Assembly: GCA_030141605.1 (NCBI GenBank)
Contig: JAQGDQ010000256.1
Location: forward strand, 258,633-322,632
Direction of reading: 5' to 3'
Length of the DNA: 64,000 nt
Source of the DNA: Tubiluchus corallicola
Taxonomy: Eukaryota > Animalia > Priapulida
The notes below the pieces were generated by a model. It did not search any database, was not told where the DNA came from, and was given only the letters and a program-made list of their open reading frames with translations. A program made the translations under genes and the position numbers. Positions 38,401 to 52,398 of the stretch are shown one piece after another. Numbering within the stretch: position 1 is the stretch's first letter; each line of letters opens with the position of its first letter.

Positions 38401-41400
38401 GATAGTCCAGTCTGGATCTGGTGCGGCTTCTGATAACAGAAATCTGGTGCTACGTACCTTACATATTATACCCACCCTATGTGTATAATATTTTCTCAGG
38501 CTGATTACTTTCGAAGAATATTCTACAGATACTGAAGCCATTACAACTTATTCTACTGAGAACAGTAAATCCTGAGTAGAATAATTGTTAGGAAGGAATC
38601 TAAGTCTTATTGCAAAAATGTCATTATAAAGGCTTCGGATAAATTGTCTGCCACATTTAGCCAATTTAACGTAAAAATGACAAGACAAAACATATCTAAT
38701 GATTTAATAGTAAATCGTAAGATAAAAAAGTTATTTGGTCAACCCAACAACAAGTAAAAAGAAAATTAAGTGTGGTAACCGCCATAGGCAAGAATGTCAA
38801 AAATCAATCTCAAAAAATAAATAGAAAGAAAATTAGTTGCATGTTACTACAGTAAAAAACTACCTACTGTATATATACCTACATACTACATATGTTTCTG
38901 ATTGATTATACATCTATAGGTGAGTTGCTGAGTTTAAGGATTATTTAAATTTTGTCATATTTTTTCAGGTATTTGCTCATACTACTCTAGAGACAACAAC
39001 GAATGATGTGTTGTGGGATATATCTCGTGGTTTGGAGGAGTTTAACAGTATTGTGTCGACAGTGACTAGGAACAGTAACTTTGAATTGGTCAGTAGGTCC
39101 GAGAGGTATAAAGAGCTTCATTTACGAAACATATTAGATGCAAGGCAGTCGAACTTGCAATGCACCGTGCTATGTCATGTGCATGGTATGCCATTTAGAG
39201 AATTGTTAAAACTTATAGGCAATGAACGCTCAAAGTACGCGGCAGCGCTACTGTATAAGTTTTTAGTGACTAATAAGGATTTTCGTGATAGTGTTAATTG
39301 CAAGCTTTCTGTGGTAAATTGGAGATCATGTCTGGCTAGTGCTACATCAGACAGAGTGAAACAAGCTCAAGGTGATTCGGATTATTGTAGCGCCACCACG
39401 TCTAGTTGCATTTGCGCCGACATTCAGCTATATTCAACTGCGATAGACCTCTCTAATGAGATTTCTCCTTTGCCGGACTTTGCTAGGCGGGAGCAAGGTT
39501 TCGCTTTGAAGTTTTTCGAGGTTGTACTGCAATGTACCAGTTTCATTCGCAGCCCAATATATAACTCTCCTAAACATGATAACGATGTGGAGAAGTCGGA
39601 TGTCGCTGCTGCTACATCGGAATGGAAAAAGAGGAAGTCTGTTCGATGGTGTGATACTGTAAATCCTTTAGCCAAAGTGAGCACAACTCATGTTTGAATA
39701 GTTTTAGAATAACATAATATTTAAACATCTCATGAAGTATCTTGAAGTATCTAACTGTTTTCTAATGTGGAACTAGAGAGTAAAAAGTCTGAAAATATGG
39801 TCTTGCTATCATTTGTTGTTATATTTAAAGTCTTTCTTTATTACGCTTTGGCTCACTGCAAACCAGAATTTAGTTTTCAATGGCAAGCTAATTAACTGAA
39901 TGTTTGTGGTATGGTCACAACCTAGCTCATTATCAAGGACATCCCCCGAGAAGAGCCACTGAGGCAGCAGAAGGATGTCAACCTCATTCAGAGGTGTACA
40001 CATCATCCCTCTGCAAGTTGGACAGTCTGGGTCAGTGCAGCATATTCCAGAGTAGGTATCGATCCTATTCACGTAAAAGATTCACGCCTAATCACTCTGC
40101 CAAGACCCCGCCACCAAGTGTGTTTATAATGTCATGTCACGCCATTTAGGTTGTCAAAGTTTTTTCGGTAAGTATTTTGGCAATTTCATTGTTTGGTAAG
40201 TAATTGTTATTATCATGGTCATTTATTTTTGAACACGCCCACACACACCACCGTTGTTAGGATGTCTTTATCACACAGTGTTTTTGTAGGAAAAAGGGTG
40301 AAAAAATGGTCATTTTTTGCAGCACCATTGGTGACGTGGGAATCTTTTACAAATGCCTCTTCCAGGATGATGGTTTATAATTTATTTATTAGAACATCAT
40401 ATATTCTAATAACGTATGAATATATGGTATTAATTATTGTATTAAACTTTGACAGGTACATACATGCAATCATTACATGGACGTAATGTGGGAACGATTT
40501 GGATTCCACTTTTTACAGCAGTTTTATCAGCATTCTTGGGGGTTGGTTCATTGTGATCCAGATCATCTCGGCCATATTGCATCGCTTCCAGACTCCGTCA
40601 TCATGATTGTTGTTCAGATGTTGCGACTTGTGTGTTCCAAATCTGATCGTAAGTCTGCTTGTTAATTGGTAGTTTGTTAATTTTGAATTTATTGCTCATA
40701 AAGCTTTATGCAACTGTATTTTGGCAGCTAGCTTAATGTTGCTAAGCCGTTGAAACTGTGACTGCATAAAGGTGTGTAATTGTGAGAATTCATAATCCAA
40801 GCAAAAAAAACTATAAGAATAATGTCTGCAGAACTAATCGTGTGGTGTAAGTTTCAGAATGTCAGACAAATGCTATTGCGCTGTAAATTTTACCTCAAAG
40901 TGACAAATGAATTAAAGCTTGGCACTCAGAATCATGCAGGTGTTAGTTTATTTATTAAATTATTTTTGTTTCAGCTGAAACCTATCCTGCAGCTTCTCTG
41001 CTTGTGCTTGACGATGTTTGTCGTAAACTTCACCAGGTGGCGTCACACACACAGTGGGATGTAGGTAGGGTTTGCTTTTCTCCCCTCCCTGCTTGTAGCG
41101 GCCACACAACCTTGTCTTTCCCTCTGCACTTGGACTGGATTGGATTTGTTTTGTCACTGCTGGCTGCTCTAACTGTAGGATTCAAATTTATTTCAGTTAA
41201 TTTTAAAATGCAAAAGTCCGTATTTTTGGAATCAAGTGCCTTAAAATTTATAAAGAATGATATAGAACTTGTTCATTTAGACTCGTACTTAAAAAACATT
41301 GTTTGGTTAGGGAATTCATCCGACTATAATTTTTTACCGTAGAGTGTAAAAATTTTATAGACATTAGGGTGCCAAGCATTATTTTCCAAAAATACTGAAA

Positions 41401-43214
41401 TAACAACATTATGGCACGACCAACATTTGACAATATAAAGCTAAACAAGAAGATGATAGCACTTTAATGCTGTCTTTGTTGCCGTTCCAACAGGAATTAG
41501 TTCAGTTCAAGCACATTTTATTTTAATGTGCAATCTATAAAAGGTAGAAGTGGCAATTGTAATTAAGTTCAATCGAATGCACAGATAATTTCGGTTACAC
41601 CTAGATCTGGCCAGGTCTGTGCAGTTTCTTCAGGAAAAGTGAAAATGTCTTACACTATGTTAGTGAGTGGCCGTAATGGCTACTTGTTTACTGATAAATA
41701 TTTTTTTATAATACAGTAATAACTAAAATAGAAAATCTGTAGATAAAAAATAAATAAAATATAAAATACAAAATCTAGAAATTACTAAAAGTTTGTCTGA
41801 ACCCAATATTATATTAGGCATATGTTTTTTAACTATTTTTGAAAAATGCATTTAGAACAATATGTAGCATAGACCTTTTTGTACTGGCTTAAAAAATTAG
41901 TAGCTTTGCAGACAACATTTTACTAGTGGCCTAGCATGGGGTGTGCGGTGTGTGCAATCCGCACAGGGCGGCCAGCCACAGAGAGTGGCCAATCAGTGTT
42001 TTGTACATGGCACATGAATGAAATACACGAATTCATGTCCGCTATTCAATACATGAATGGAATGAATGAAATTTTAGGCATTTGCTATAATACAGGAACA
42101 AAACGAACGAAATTTTGGAAAACTAAAAAACTTATAACAGTGCACTAAATAGTTCATAATAAATAAAAGTAGAATATTTTTTTACCGACAGCCCCAACTG
42201 TAAGATGCCATGACATACAGCTAACGAAAAAATGTGGAGTCATTAGGCGGTCAAACAGATCGCAAAATGAATACATACAATACGTAATGTTTAAAAAAAG
42301 GCAGTGACTAAAGGTACAGATCTATGGATCCATACAACACTTGAATCGGCTTGACACTACTGATTTCTTAAATGCAAGGCAAATACGCACAAATGATAAC
42401 AGTTGTGAATTTTTAAAACTGAATTAATGACTGCTATCACAATGAAGATATTTAAGATGGACCATAACATTAGGAAACTGGTAGGAGGTTTAGTATATCA
42501 TTATGTTATTATATATAATTATAATATTGGTTCCAACATTCGGTCATAAAATTACTGCAATTATAAATATTAATGCAAATGTAATAGTTACATAATTAGT
42601 GTACTTTTGGAAAATAAAACTGGAAGAGATAATGATGAAAGACAGTGAGAATACCTATGACATTATGTACTATCTACTATGTATTATACCATAATTGAAG
42701 GGAGTGAAAACGTTTTGTATATGCATGGACAAGGACATCCAAGAATCACGCAACCCTATATATTGTACATAATTTTTTTTAACACAGTTGTAATGAATGA
42801 TATATCAGCATCAACTTGGATTCATCTATGAACTGTTAATGCTGTTATTTACTACTGTAGTGGTGCCTCTGAGGCTGAGGAAAATCTCCAAATTTAGAAG
42901 CAGTCAAAAACTTGTCAATCAACTGGAGGCAACGCTCTCCATCATTTTGTTTCTCTAGTTCATTTAAAATGCATGAACACTATTTTTGAACAAAAGTTAC
43001 CTCACATTTCATATGGTCTAAACATTGTATGTCATAAAAATGAATAAGATCTGTAGGTTTTGTGAATATCACAAAAAGCACAGGTCTGCATTTGTTCTAG
43101 AATAAGCTGCGAATACGTATCCGTACGTGTCTCAGAGAAGGCAAGTTAAGTACGGATCTGTACCTCCAGCCACTGCCTTAAAAAAAACACACAGAACATT
43201 CGTCAAGCCGCGTG

Positions 43215-43247
<33 letters not shown>

Positions 43248-46200
43248 TGTGTGTGTGTGTTTGTGTGTGCGTGCGTGCGTGCGTGTGTGTAGTGCATCTG
43301 TGTCGTGTAGGGAGCTGTGTTACGTTTAAGGAAGGGGGCGGTCCACTTGGTCCCACGCAGGGCAGCCACACACCCCCGCTACACCACTGCATTTTACTTA
43401 TTACTTATTTCATTGTTTTTGGCTTACATCATAAGAAATTTTGTTACATTAGGTAGCTGACTTAATCTAGATTTGTATGAATTTTTTTATTTGAATTTTG
43501 TTTTATGTTTGACAGTACTGTTGTATATATTGCGAGGGCTAGAAGCCCTAACACATTCAAAAGAGACGAAGTTTAGAATCAAATTTTAGTAATATTTTAG
43601 TAACTTATTTTGGACTTTATGAGAGAAGTACATTCAACAAGTACTTTAAGACTTGGTGCAAAAATACTGGACTTTCGTAGTAAGCTGGAATGCATGATCT
43701 TCACCTGATCACATTTAAATAATAACTGTTTTTTATTAATTTTGTTTTCCAACTGGCAAATCAAATTTAAAAATTTATGCAGCTGTGCATACAAATGATC
43801 TAGAGTTTTTTGTGGCAGCTGTTTACTTAGTAACATTTCGAAGTAATAGTATAGCAAATTTATCATTGCTTTGCTTAATTGACTAAATTTAGTCAAAAGC
43901 AAAACTATAATGTTAAGCTAACATTGTTTACTGTGGTGTTTTTTGAAGTTTTTGCCGCATTTTTCCAAAATTATTCATTTAAGATTCCTTGACAGGTATT
44001 TACTCTGGTTAATTAGTGTTTTACTGCTTCAAATGTTGTAGATAGTTAGTATTGACTGTTAAAATTAAAAATATGTTGCAAGCGGAAAAACCCGATCTAC
44101 TGCATCTCACTAAGTCCAATCTACTGTATTTCACGCTAAGGCCCAAAATTAAAATTTTGACCCAGTAAAAAAGTTGTCCCTTAATATAAATTAGTTGCTA
44201 TATTTTCGAAATTAAAATCTTGTGCGATTATCATGAAACTTTTGCTCATGTCAGTAACTATTCTTTGAAATGTTTAAAGCTTGTAATTTGTGCATACCCG
44301 GTAGCTATCATGTGTCAGTTTAAACAGGAACCTTGTACAATGTAAATAGTACCACTACTTAAACCCTTAATTATTGTGGTTGTGGCACTTTAACTTTAAG
44401 TTAAAATTTAAGTTGTGATTATGTTCGCACAATTACTTTCAAAAGGGGTGGACTTTGTATTTATTCCGAGTGACACAATCCGTGACTAGAGAGGCTGAAA
44501 TGGTGCACAGCTTCTGCGTGAAGTTAAACTGGAAGTCTTTCGGAATCCCTACATATTTGTTGCTCCACAAAAAACCAGGAGACATTTTACATGTTTTAGT
44601 TTATTTACCCAGGGGAAAACAATAAACAAAATATTTATGTACACTGTATGTATCAAGAAATTCCAAACTCATGTTTCATTAGTGTGTCTGACAAATTTTT
44701 GTGGAAGCCTTCTAGCCCAATAGTAAATATTGATTATAGTAATTGTCTACTAAAGCTGTGCATTAAGTCTGCTAATAATGTGAGCACAAATCAGTACATA
44801 TAACATATAAACAACATTTTACATAGAAAAGGTTTTTAATTTACTATCAAGCTTCAAAAGTGCATGATGATCCACATTTTTATTTGCCATCTGAAGTGCT
44901 TGAACTTTTTCATCTCACTGGTAGTTGAGCAGCACTTTGCATATTCCACATTATACAGATATAGATGCATAATCCCTGCATTTGAGATATTTATTGAGCC
45001 ACTAACCTGCAACCGAACAAAGACAGAGACAAAAAGACACTGTCACAATCTCACAGATAAATACAAGTTTGTGCAAACAGAGTTGGTAATCTTATTGGTG
45101 GTTTTATATACTCTCTGGCACACTAACACTGTCTGAATTGTGACTGTTATCTTTTTGTACTTTTATAAGTCCATACTACCTCTTTTCGTTGTTTTTTTGT
45201 ATTTGATTCCATTTTTGATTTTTGAGCAATGCTAGCTTGATTTTTCTACTTGAGCTCTGACTTACTTTGTCAATATTTAATAATTTATATTCAAATTTTG
45301 TCTTTGCAGTGATGTGTGAAGCATTAGCAGCATATTTTACCGACAAATGTCAGCCTGTTCCTTTAGCTAATGGATTATATGGTACAAAGACAGGAAAATT
45401 GCTGCGTGATGCTTATGACCCTTTACTAACACTGCTTTTGCTTTCTCGAGAGCTTATTTCATCTCGTGGAAATAATGAATCATATGCAAAATGTAGGTAT
45501 CATGGCAGTATTGTTTACCATATCAGCATTAGACATGCTATTAGTAAAAAAGAACTTCTTGAACCGTATACAATGGATAATGTGATAACTTCTAACTAAT
45601 TTATGCTTATCCACACAAATGTATTCAGTTACACATTTGGAAAGAAAATTAATATATAAGTTTTAATATTTTTTAAAGGAAAACAGAATGATTTTTCATA
45701 TCCTGCTCTGTTATGAAGTATGGGAAATGTTATACATTTTAACACCTTTAACAATGCTAAAGTTTTGCTGATAATTAAACAATAGCTTAAAAACTTAGTT
45801 AACAGCTGGTGAGCACAACAAGCGATGACGGCAAAACTGAACATAATTTCGCAACAGCACAAACATTCCACAAGCGGGTTGCACGTGTTTACAAAGGCAA
45901 AAATTGAAATACAGTGCTACTGTAGAACATTTAGTGTGAACAAAATTATATTTAAAAATTTCAATTCCCAAGTTTACCGCTTGTTGTCCAGCAATTTTAC
46001 AACAAATGTGTACTTTGTCAGAATTGAACTGAGCAGTACAGCACTTGTATTGTGCAATGCGTTTCTCAGATGCAGGGTCTGCGTCTATCTAACTAAGAAT
46101 AGTGAAATGCATGTAACAGCATGCAGACGTGAAACTGATCTTCCATGGTAATAATACTTTTACATATTAGTCATTTTAAAACTGACATTTTTATTAAAAT

Positions 46201-49200
46201 TAGGAGCATTTTATCGACCCTGATAAGTTTTTATTGATAATTGTTTTTATGCATACACGCCAAGCAGTATATGGCAAAAAAAAACAAAATAAAAGGTAAT
46301 CGATGATGACAAAACAAACTCGAATCAAATAGAACAGAAATGATAGCAATCAATCAAATTTGTATCTTTTTCTGTTATGCACCCTAATTAAATCATCTGG
46401 CACTGTTAGGAAGTCTCTAGCTATACTTTGCACCTAATAGATTGGATTATAGTTCCCTAGCCACACCTAAAAATGTTTGAATTTTTCAGAGCATTAAAGG
46501 GGTGACTTCATCAGTACCCTCTTATATTTTACCTTAACCATTTACAAAGTTGGCTAATGATAATGTATCTAAAAGTAGTCAGTCATATTTATAACTAACA
46601 TTTTGTTCATTTGTTTAGCACAAAATGAAAATGTACCTACACGCCTTATGCTTGCTTTAACACCAGTCATGTCAAACCTGCTTAGCACCATGACGTTAGC
46701 TGTGAACTGGTCAGAAACCAAGACAATGCAGTTTCTTGTTGCCTGGAATTTGGGTCATTTTCTTCTCATCTCGCAATTGGATCTCAAGGTAAATGATTTA
46801 TTGGGAATGGTCTTGGTGAGAAACGTTTACAAAGATGGTGTGGTAGATAATGAGCCAGACTGGAACAAACCAGGCACTTGTTCCAACTCTTTATTTTTAA
46901 GATGTAGCATTTTGTTTGCCAGAGCATACTCTGTTCTAGTTCTAATGAAAACATCAATGGTAGTGATATGGCCCTCTAGAAAAAAAGTATTGCGGTCCAT
47001 GTGTAGCGAGTTAGCAACGTGTTTCACAGCGTTTCTTATGACTGTAAAATGGTGGTCCGATCAGCAGTATTTGATGAAATTATAGTGTTGTGTGATACCT
47101 GGTATTGACTTGTCACATTTGGTTTGCCATGTGCTGATGTTTCACATCATTAACTCAAGTCTTGATAGTTGCACACAGCAACAGAAAACGGAAACATTTA
47201 ACTTAAATATTAATCGCACAATAATCGCGGGTTGTTTAAAGATATTTTTTAGTATATCTGCAGATTTTTGCGTCATTACGACCTCTTGTACCTTTTGGTT
47301 CAGAAGTTCCAAGGTTCCCGGAAAATCTCATGTGTATCATGTGTTATCTTACTAACATGACTTCTGTAAAATCTACTTCTACTATTTAAGTGAGAATTTG
47401 TTTAACAGTTTTTAATTATTCTCAGTTATATTTCTAAATTAATGCAGAGAAAACTAACAAATGGCTTATTTTTGCACATTCATGAAGTCTACAATCATAT
47501 AAAAAACTGTCACTCGGCTGTGCAATTCTCTTAGTTTGTTGTATTTGCTGTTTATTTTAATCAGAATTTAGGTTAAAATTATCAGTATAAAAAATTTGTT
47601 ATTGAATTTTTATATTGCTTCAATTTGCCGTAATTCTTCAAATTTCGATTATAAAAGCTATCTATATTGATCATATATGGAAAAGCATATATGTATTACA
47701 CATGCAATGCGACTGACAAAGAACTGAATATGCGGTCAATATTTGCGTAAACAATTTTTATATTTGTACCAAATTTTCTTTGAAAAAAATTAATTGCTTT
47801 AAGTTTAGTAAGAATTGGTTAAATTAAATTAAGACAAAATATGCCAAAGTTATTTTTTCAGCTTCAGGTTAAAATAAAACCTCGGAAATTTTGTATCAAT
47901 TGAAACTTTCTAGGCTCTTAAAGATGTTGTGGGTACTTTAGGTAATGATGAAAGTGTCATAATTTCTTTATTTGTACATTATGGCTAATTGACTATCAGT
48001 TATCCTAGCTTAGCTTAATTTGTTGCCATCATTATTCGCTCTGATACTGAATAGTCATAACCATGTTACCTTCTCAAAAAAAAAACAGTTTTTACTATAC
48101 TGAAATAGTGTAGATCAAGTCTCTAAACCTATACTACATTTTAAGTATTAGTTCCGTGAATAAATATAAATACTATTGGGGATTTTTGCATTGGCACTAC
48201 ACTTAACATTTTCGTTTGTTTTTTATAGTTATTAACTGATATAAATCAACGGACCTTACAGTTATTGCAACCATTATGTTCATATCTACAGAACTCTTCA
48301 TCAGAATGTAGTACATTGCTGGCACACCATCTCTCTTCTGTGGCTTATATCTGGCAGGGATTGCACAATAGAGCCTCCAAATTACAGGTTTTTATGCTCT
48401 ACTGTTTTATGCTAAACTTGGTATTACATCAAAAGTTGTTGAGTTATTCAGTATCTATGTGTTAAGTTAAATAAAATATTTCAATATTGCCTTACCACTT
48501 TGCTATTGTTAGGCACTGTTCTGATGTCAGTACATTAAGAAGATCTATGTATTTGTGTTGAATTTGTTATAAGTGCAGTAATTTTTTTTTGGAATTCTAT
48601 ACTATTTTTCTTTATGTAGTTTATAGTAGATGATATGTGCATATCGACATATTTTACACAAATTGTGTGGACACAGACGAAGCTTTTTATATGAATGCTG
48701 ATATGACTTGTGTGATTAATATTTTATCTCAGGAAAACATGCATATGTTGTTTGGATGGTTGGACCAATTGACAAATCCCCCCTTTTAATAACAAGAGCT
48801 AGATTCTGGTCCTACCACAACCATCTCCATTAAGTAGGCTTTGTTGTTGAGTGCTGGATCACAGAGTGCTGAACCGTATAAAAAATAAAAAAATAAATAT
48901 GTATGTGTAAACGTCAGTCAGTATATTGAGTTAGAATTCTGATTTCCGTCTATGCTTATAACGAATTCACTTTTCTGCTTTCACAAATGTATTATTGTAC
49001 TGAATAGGTGGTGTAATATAGTGCCTTAATAATTTTCAGACCTTGTCCAGCACACTGATTAAAATGTTTGCTGCAGTCTGCCGTCAAAGAGCCTTTCAGT
49101 TCTTTCAAGCCGAAATGCCGCTCGGGAAATATTGGCGTCGTAAAAGTAGTACAGGTAATCTACCCGACGTTTGCTTTGAAGCATTATCCATCTTTTCACC

Positions 49201-52200
49201 TATTATGGATGTAAAAATTGTTTGATGGAAGCGCTTGCTTTTGTTTCTGTTATTTTCGCTGTAACTGGCAAATGCACCTAGAGTAAGTTAGTTAACAGTG
49301 ATAAGCATCTTGATTAATTGAACCTCCTTGTTACACACTTTTGTTTGATGCATTTAGAGCGAACTACAGAAATCACTTTTAAGTACTATTTTTCTGTAGC
49401 TCTATATTTATAAATCTGCATGTTCTTCATCTGATAGCCGACTATGTTCAACTGAACATTCCTTGTTTTTAGATAAACAAACATTATAACAAATTATGCA
49501 GCCATGAGATGACAGATTAATTTGTTGTAGTTAGTTAGTTATTCAAATGTCAAATGTGCAAGTTTAGTCATAAAGGCCATGAAGAGAACTAGTAGGAGTT
49601 GCATTTGTATGAATGTACCGATGTGATTTTTAACATTTTCTCATTATTTCATTGAAATTCGCTATTTGTTACTCAAATTTACCATGTAACATTTATTTAG
49701 TTATTAATACTGCACTTTTGTGGGTTCTTTCTGCCGGGAAAATTGTATATCTCCTTAGGTAGCTCGAACCCCTCTGTAGAGTCGAATGGCACTGGCCAAT
49801 TAATAAAGAGTGACACTAGAACCAACAAGAGCAAAGCAAAGCAATAAAACATCAAAGAATTAGTTAAATATATGAACTAAATCTAGAAAAATAGTGTAGT
49901 TTGAGCGCGCGACGAGCAGAACCCAGCTTCATTACATTAGTGTTAGTTCAGCAATACTGTACGACTCGATAATGAATGCTACTTAAAAACTATGAAGAAA
50001 GTTGACTTTTTATTATCAAGTTCGAGTACATTCAGGTAGGCACTTAGTCAAGTGAAGAATCCTTTTCTGTTCACTGTAGTTTATAGTTTACATTTACCAT
50101 ATTTTTTGTTTTCCAGAAGATCCATTGGAACACAGCATCTATGTGGAACAAGCCCTTCTCGAACTTCTCTTACCGGTCGTTAATGGGACAACTAAGCTTA
50201 CTATGGAGTCTCAGATCACTGTACTGAGTTTCAGCATTGTTGCTTTTTGTGAGGCATGGACGGCTTATATTCTTAAAGAAAAGATCCGTTTTAGGTATGA
50301 ATTGGAAAATAATGTGTTACTTTGTATGTTAAACTACGTGGCGTAAATGTTCACAGTAAACATTTTGTTGTTGCAGTAACTTAATACTAGTTAGTGTGTA
50401 ACATTGCGCATTTTGCATTTTAAGATCTTTTGAACAAAGAATATAGTAGTTACAGTTATTAAGTTTGCAGAAATATTTCAGATCGTCAGTCCAGAAATTT
50501 CTGCTTGAGCTGACTGGCGCATGTTCATCGTTTATTATTAGTCGATGCGTGTTTTCTGTAAAGCAAGGGCAAAATTTAAATTTACTTAATGTATTTTTTA
50601 TTTTTTGCGCACTTCTGTTGCTAGAAAAAAATGCTTATTTTTTGTGATTTTTCATTGTCTGACAGTCGCATTTTTATTTTTTTTACAGTGTACATGGAGC
50701 ACGACAACTAATGCTGGACTTCAGCTATGTAAGGGCTTGGCTCGGTCAGCTGCATGACCTCAATAGTGAAGCTATGCAAAGTTTGCAGGCATTGGAGATT
50801 TTCAAATATCTCAACAATGCGGTTCAACTGTTGCTGAAACAGCCGCAAAAGAAAACCATTAAAGATGGATCTGAAAATGTTGGTACGTAGACAGGCTAAT
50901 TGTAGGAGTTAAGTCGTGGCTGTTGAACACTCTAATGTTGTACAGTGCAAAAAAATAAAATTAGTTCAGAAATTACTTTGCTGGCTATTGCAACTTGATA
51001 AGTGATATTAAGTGTAATTAATGGGAATTTAATATTTCCTGCATCTTACTAAGGAAGTAATGGTTTTTTGTTTTTTTAAACAAGGAAGGTGTTGAAAATT
51101 GTAGACCAGTCAGAACTAGGGATGCGAATTCAGAACTGCTCTTTTGGGACATCTTAGGTTGTATAGAGGGATAGGTTGTGTACAGGTCTCTGCTTCAACT
51201 CCCAACTTAGTTCACAAATTTTCAGTATCTTTTTTAACAAATAGTTATTGTTACTGGTTAATTGCTTAGTCATTAATTTCCGATTTACAGCAGCTAAATA
51301 AAATCTTTTTTGTTTATGAAAAGGATAAATGGTAAATGAATAAATGGCTTATTTTATGTTTCCTTTAATAAGTTCTTTGTACGACCATGTGATTTGAGTG
51401 TTCCTGTCTGGTCATTACCAGTTTAGCATGCACATTGCAAGAAGCTATTCTCTCTGTAGGGAGCTGTCAAAGTTGTGATGTCTTATACCTATAATACACC
51501 AAAATGTCCAGTGGCTGGCTGTCAGCATCCAAAGTTCGCGTATAAAAAACCTAATGCATATATATATATATGTGGTCTTAAATGTTTGCTAATTAATTAT
51601 TCTAAGCGTCGGCGATGTTGTCACTTAATCATAAGCTCAGTTGTTATAGGCACATAGAGAATCTATCAAGACCACAATTTTTAATTATGAAGCCTCGTGT
51701 CTTGCATAGCCTGCAATCTTGAGAGGTATGATTAGAGCAGATCGAACTAAATGGCTTTGAAATGTAAATCACTGGCCTACAACCATGCTGAACACATTGG
51801 GGCTTCTTGATTCCTGAAAGACAGAGTGGAGGCTAAGCTGATTCGAGAACATGTCATTGATCGGTGTTTAAAAGACAAGCTTGTGAGCAAGCTTCAAGTC
51901 GCTGGTCCGATCATACTCCTCAAGACTGCTTACTGTGCGAGGTGTGCTCACACTATTACCGAGTGCATGATAATTTTTTTTGTTAATTACCAGTGCTTTA
52001 ATGCAATAAATTGCCCTGTACTAATGATCAGTGGTTCAATATTTGTCCTAGCAAAAGATCATGCTACTGTAATTCATCTTTAAGTTTTATTGACAAGGAA
52101 ATGTGCTTAACCAATTATGATAATTAATGACATAATTATCCAGGTCTGGAAACACCCTCTTCAACTCATTCTGAACTTGCGATGAACTCATCAACTGGTC

Positions 52201-52382
52201 TAAGTCCTGTAGTACTAACTGAGCAGCAAACAGCAGAAGAACCAGATGAATCATTTCCGGAAGAAGGCCAGTACTGTATCCCAAATAAGGAGGAGTGGCT
52301 GGCTTTGCGGGTACATGGCGGCACTCCGCGGTGGAAACTGCCTTCCCTTTCTTGTATAAACTCAGGTACAACTGTGCAATAA
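26479..52382 (+). CDS. CCDC142: Coiled-coil domain-containing protein 142-like, 14 coding exons, 961 aa
   Basis: Exons with GT-AG borders and consistent phases: 26479-26642, 28681-28821, 29940-30061, 37676-37905, 38969-39676, 40456-40648, 40975-41064, 45310-45492, 46619-46788, 48229-48387, 49040-49154, 50117-50294, 50689-50882, 52144-52382. The total is 2886 nt = 962 codons with no internal stop, and an in-frame TAA at 26464 precedes the ATG. The C-terminal part (MPLGKYWRRK ... EAWTAYILKEKIRFSVHGARQLMLDFSYVRAWL ... IFKYLNNAVQLLLKQP) matches the recalled CCDC142 signature (MPRGRYWR ... AWLDHIL..GIRFSLQGALQLKQDF ... LLQQP). Confidence 0.85.
30715..30790 (-). mobile_element. tRNA-derived SINE relic
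   Basis: The minus strand reads aaagcagaaggtcttgaGTTCGAATCCcagtggaagtgtaacatttttca, a clear Pol III B-box without a complete cloverleaf. Confidence 0.5.
32090..32345 (+). mobile_element. Short 3'-terminal fragment of a second LINE
   Basis: Translates as NKLPMSARLSTSVNVFKNSLDEHF, resembling the WNxLP...S...FK..LD C-terminus of LINE ORF2. It ends in aataaa-ctgctactacta-aaaaaaa. Confidence 0.55.
32490..34566 (+). mobile_element. 5'-truncated, decayed non-LTR retrotransposon (CR1/L2-group LINE): reverse transcriptase, 3' UTR and tail
   Basis: RT motifs are spread across frameshifted ORFs: NYRPVSLLPFFSKILE, QFGFRKG, SKAFD, GVPQGSMLGPLLFLIYINDL, FADDT (33306-33320), LSLNPTKTK, KFLGV, LYNCLILPYLTYC...WG. 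The 3' UTR has a stem-loop at 34339-34376, AATAAA at 34534 and an (ATTACAA)n tail. Confidence 0.92.
37955..38461. mobile_element. Degenerate hAT-type MITE
   Basis: Left end tagggatgcaccagat, right end atctggtgc(tacgt)acctta, with repeated atctgg/ccagat subterminal motifs. The flanks tatattat / catattat match at 7 of 8. Confidence 0.6.
41924..43389. mobile_element. Non-autonomous hAT-type element (~1.47 kb) in a CCDC142 intron
   Basis: TIRs tagtggcctagc / gctacaccactg and a perfect 8-bp TSD cattttac at 41916-41923 and 43390-43397. It has GC-rich subterminal segments, an internal (GT)n tract and no transposase ORF. Confidence 0.85.
43218..43290. repeat. (GT)n microsatellite inside the hAT element
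   Basis: Direct reading. Confidence 0.95.
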
Positions 52383-52392
52383 AACGAGATTA

Positions 52393-52398
52393 AATAAA
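52393..52398 (+). terminator. Candidate proximal polyadenylation signal of the CCDC142-like gene
   Basis: AATAAA starts 11 nt after the stop codon and is followed by GT/T-rich sequence. A second candidate AATAAA with a GT-rich downstream element lies at 56823-56828. Confidence 0.4.

Noticed and set aside
39809-40149. GC-richer intronic patch as an extra CCDC142 exon
   Set aside because: The flanking exons (ending 39676, starting 40456) already join in frame, and the nearby ccag acceptor leads to stops in all three frames.
43132-43456. His-Thr / Val-Cys repeat ORFs
   Set aside because: They are translations of the (GT)n tract inside a hAT element.
46827-47027. ORF with TEY...ELEQV...GS resembling a LINE ORF2 segment
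   Set aside because: The similarity is too weak to call without a profile search.
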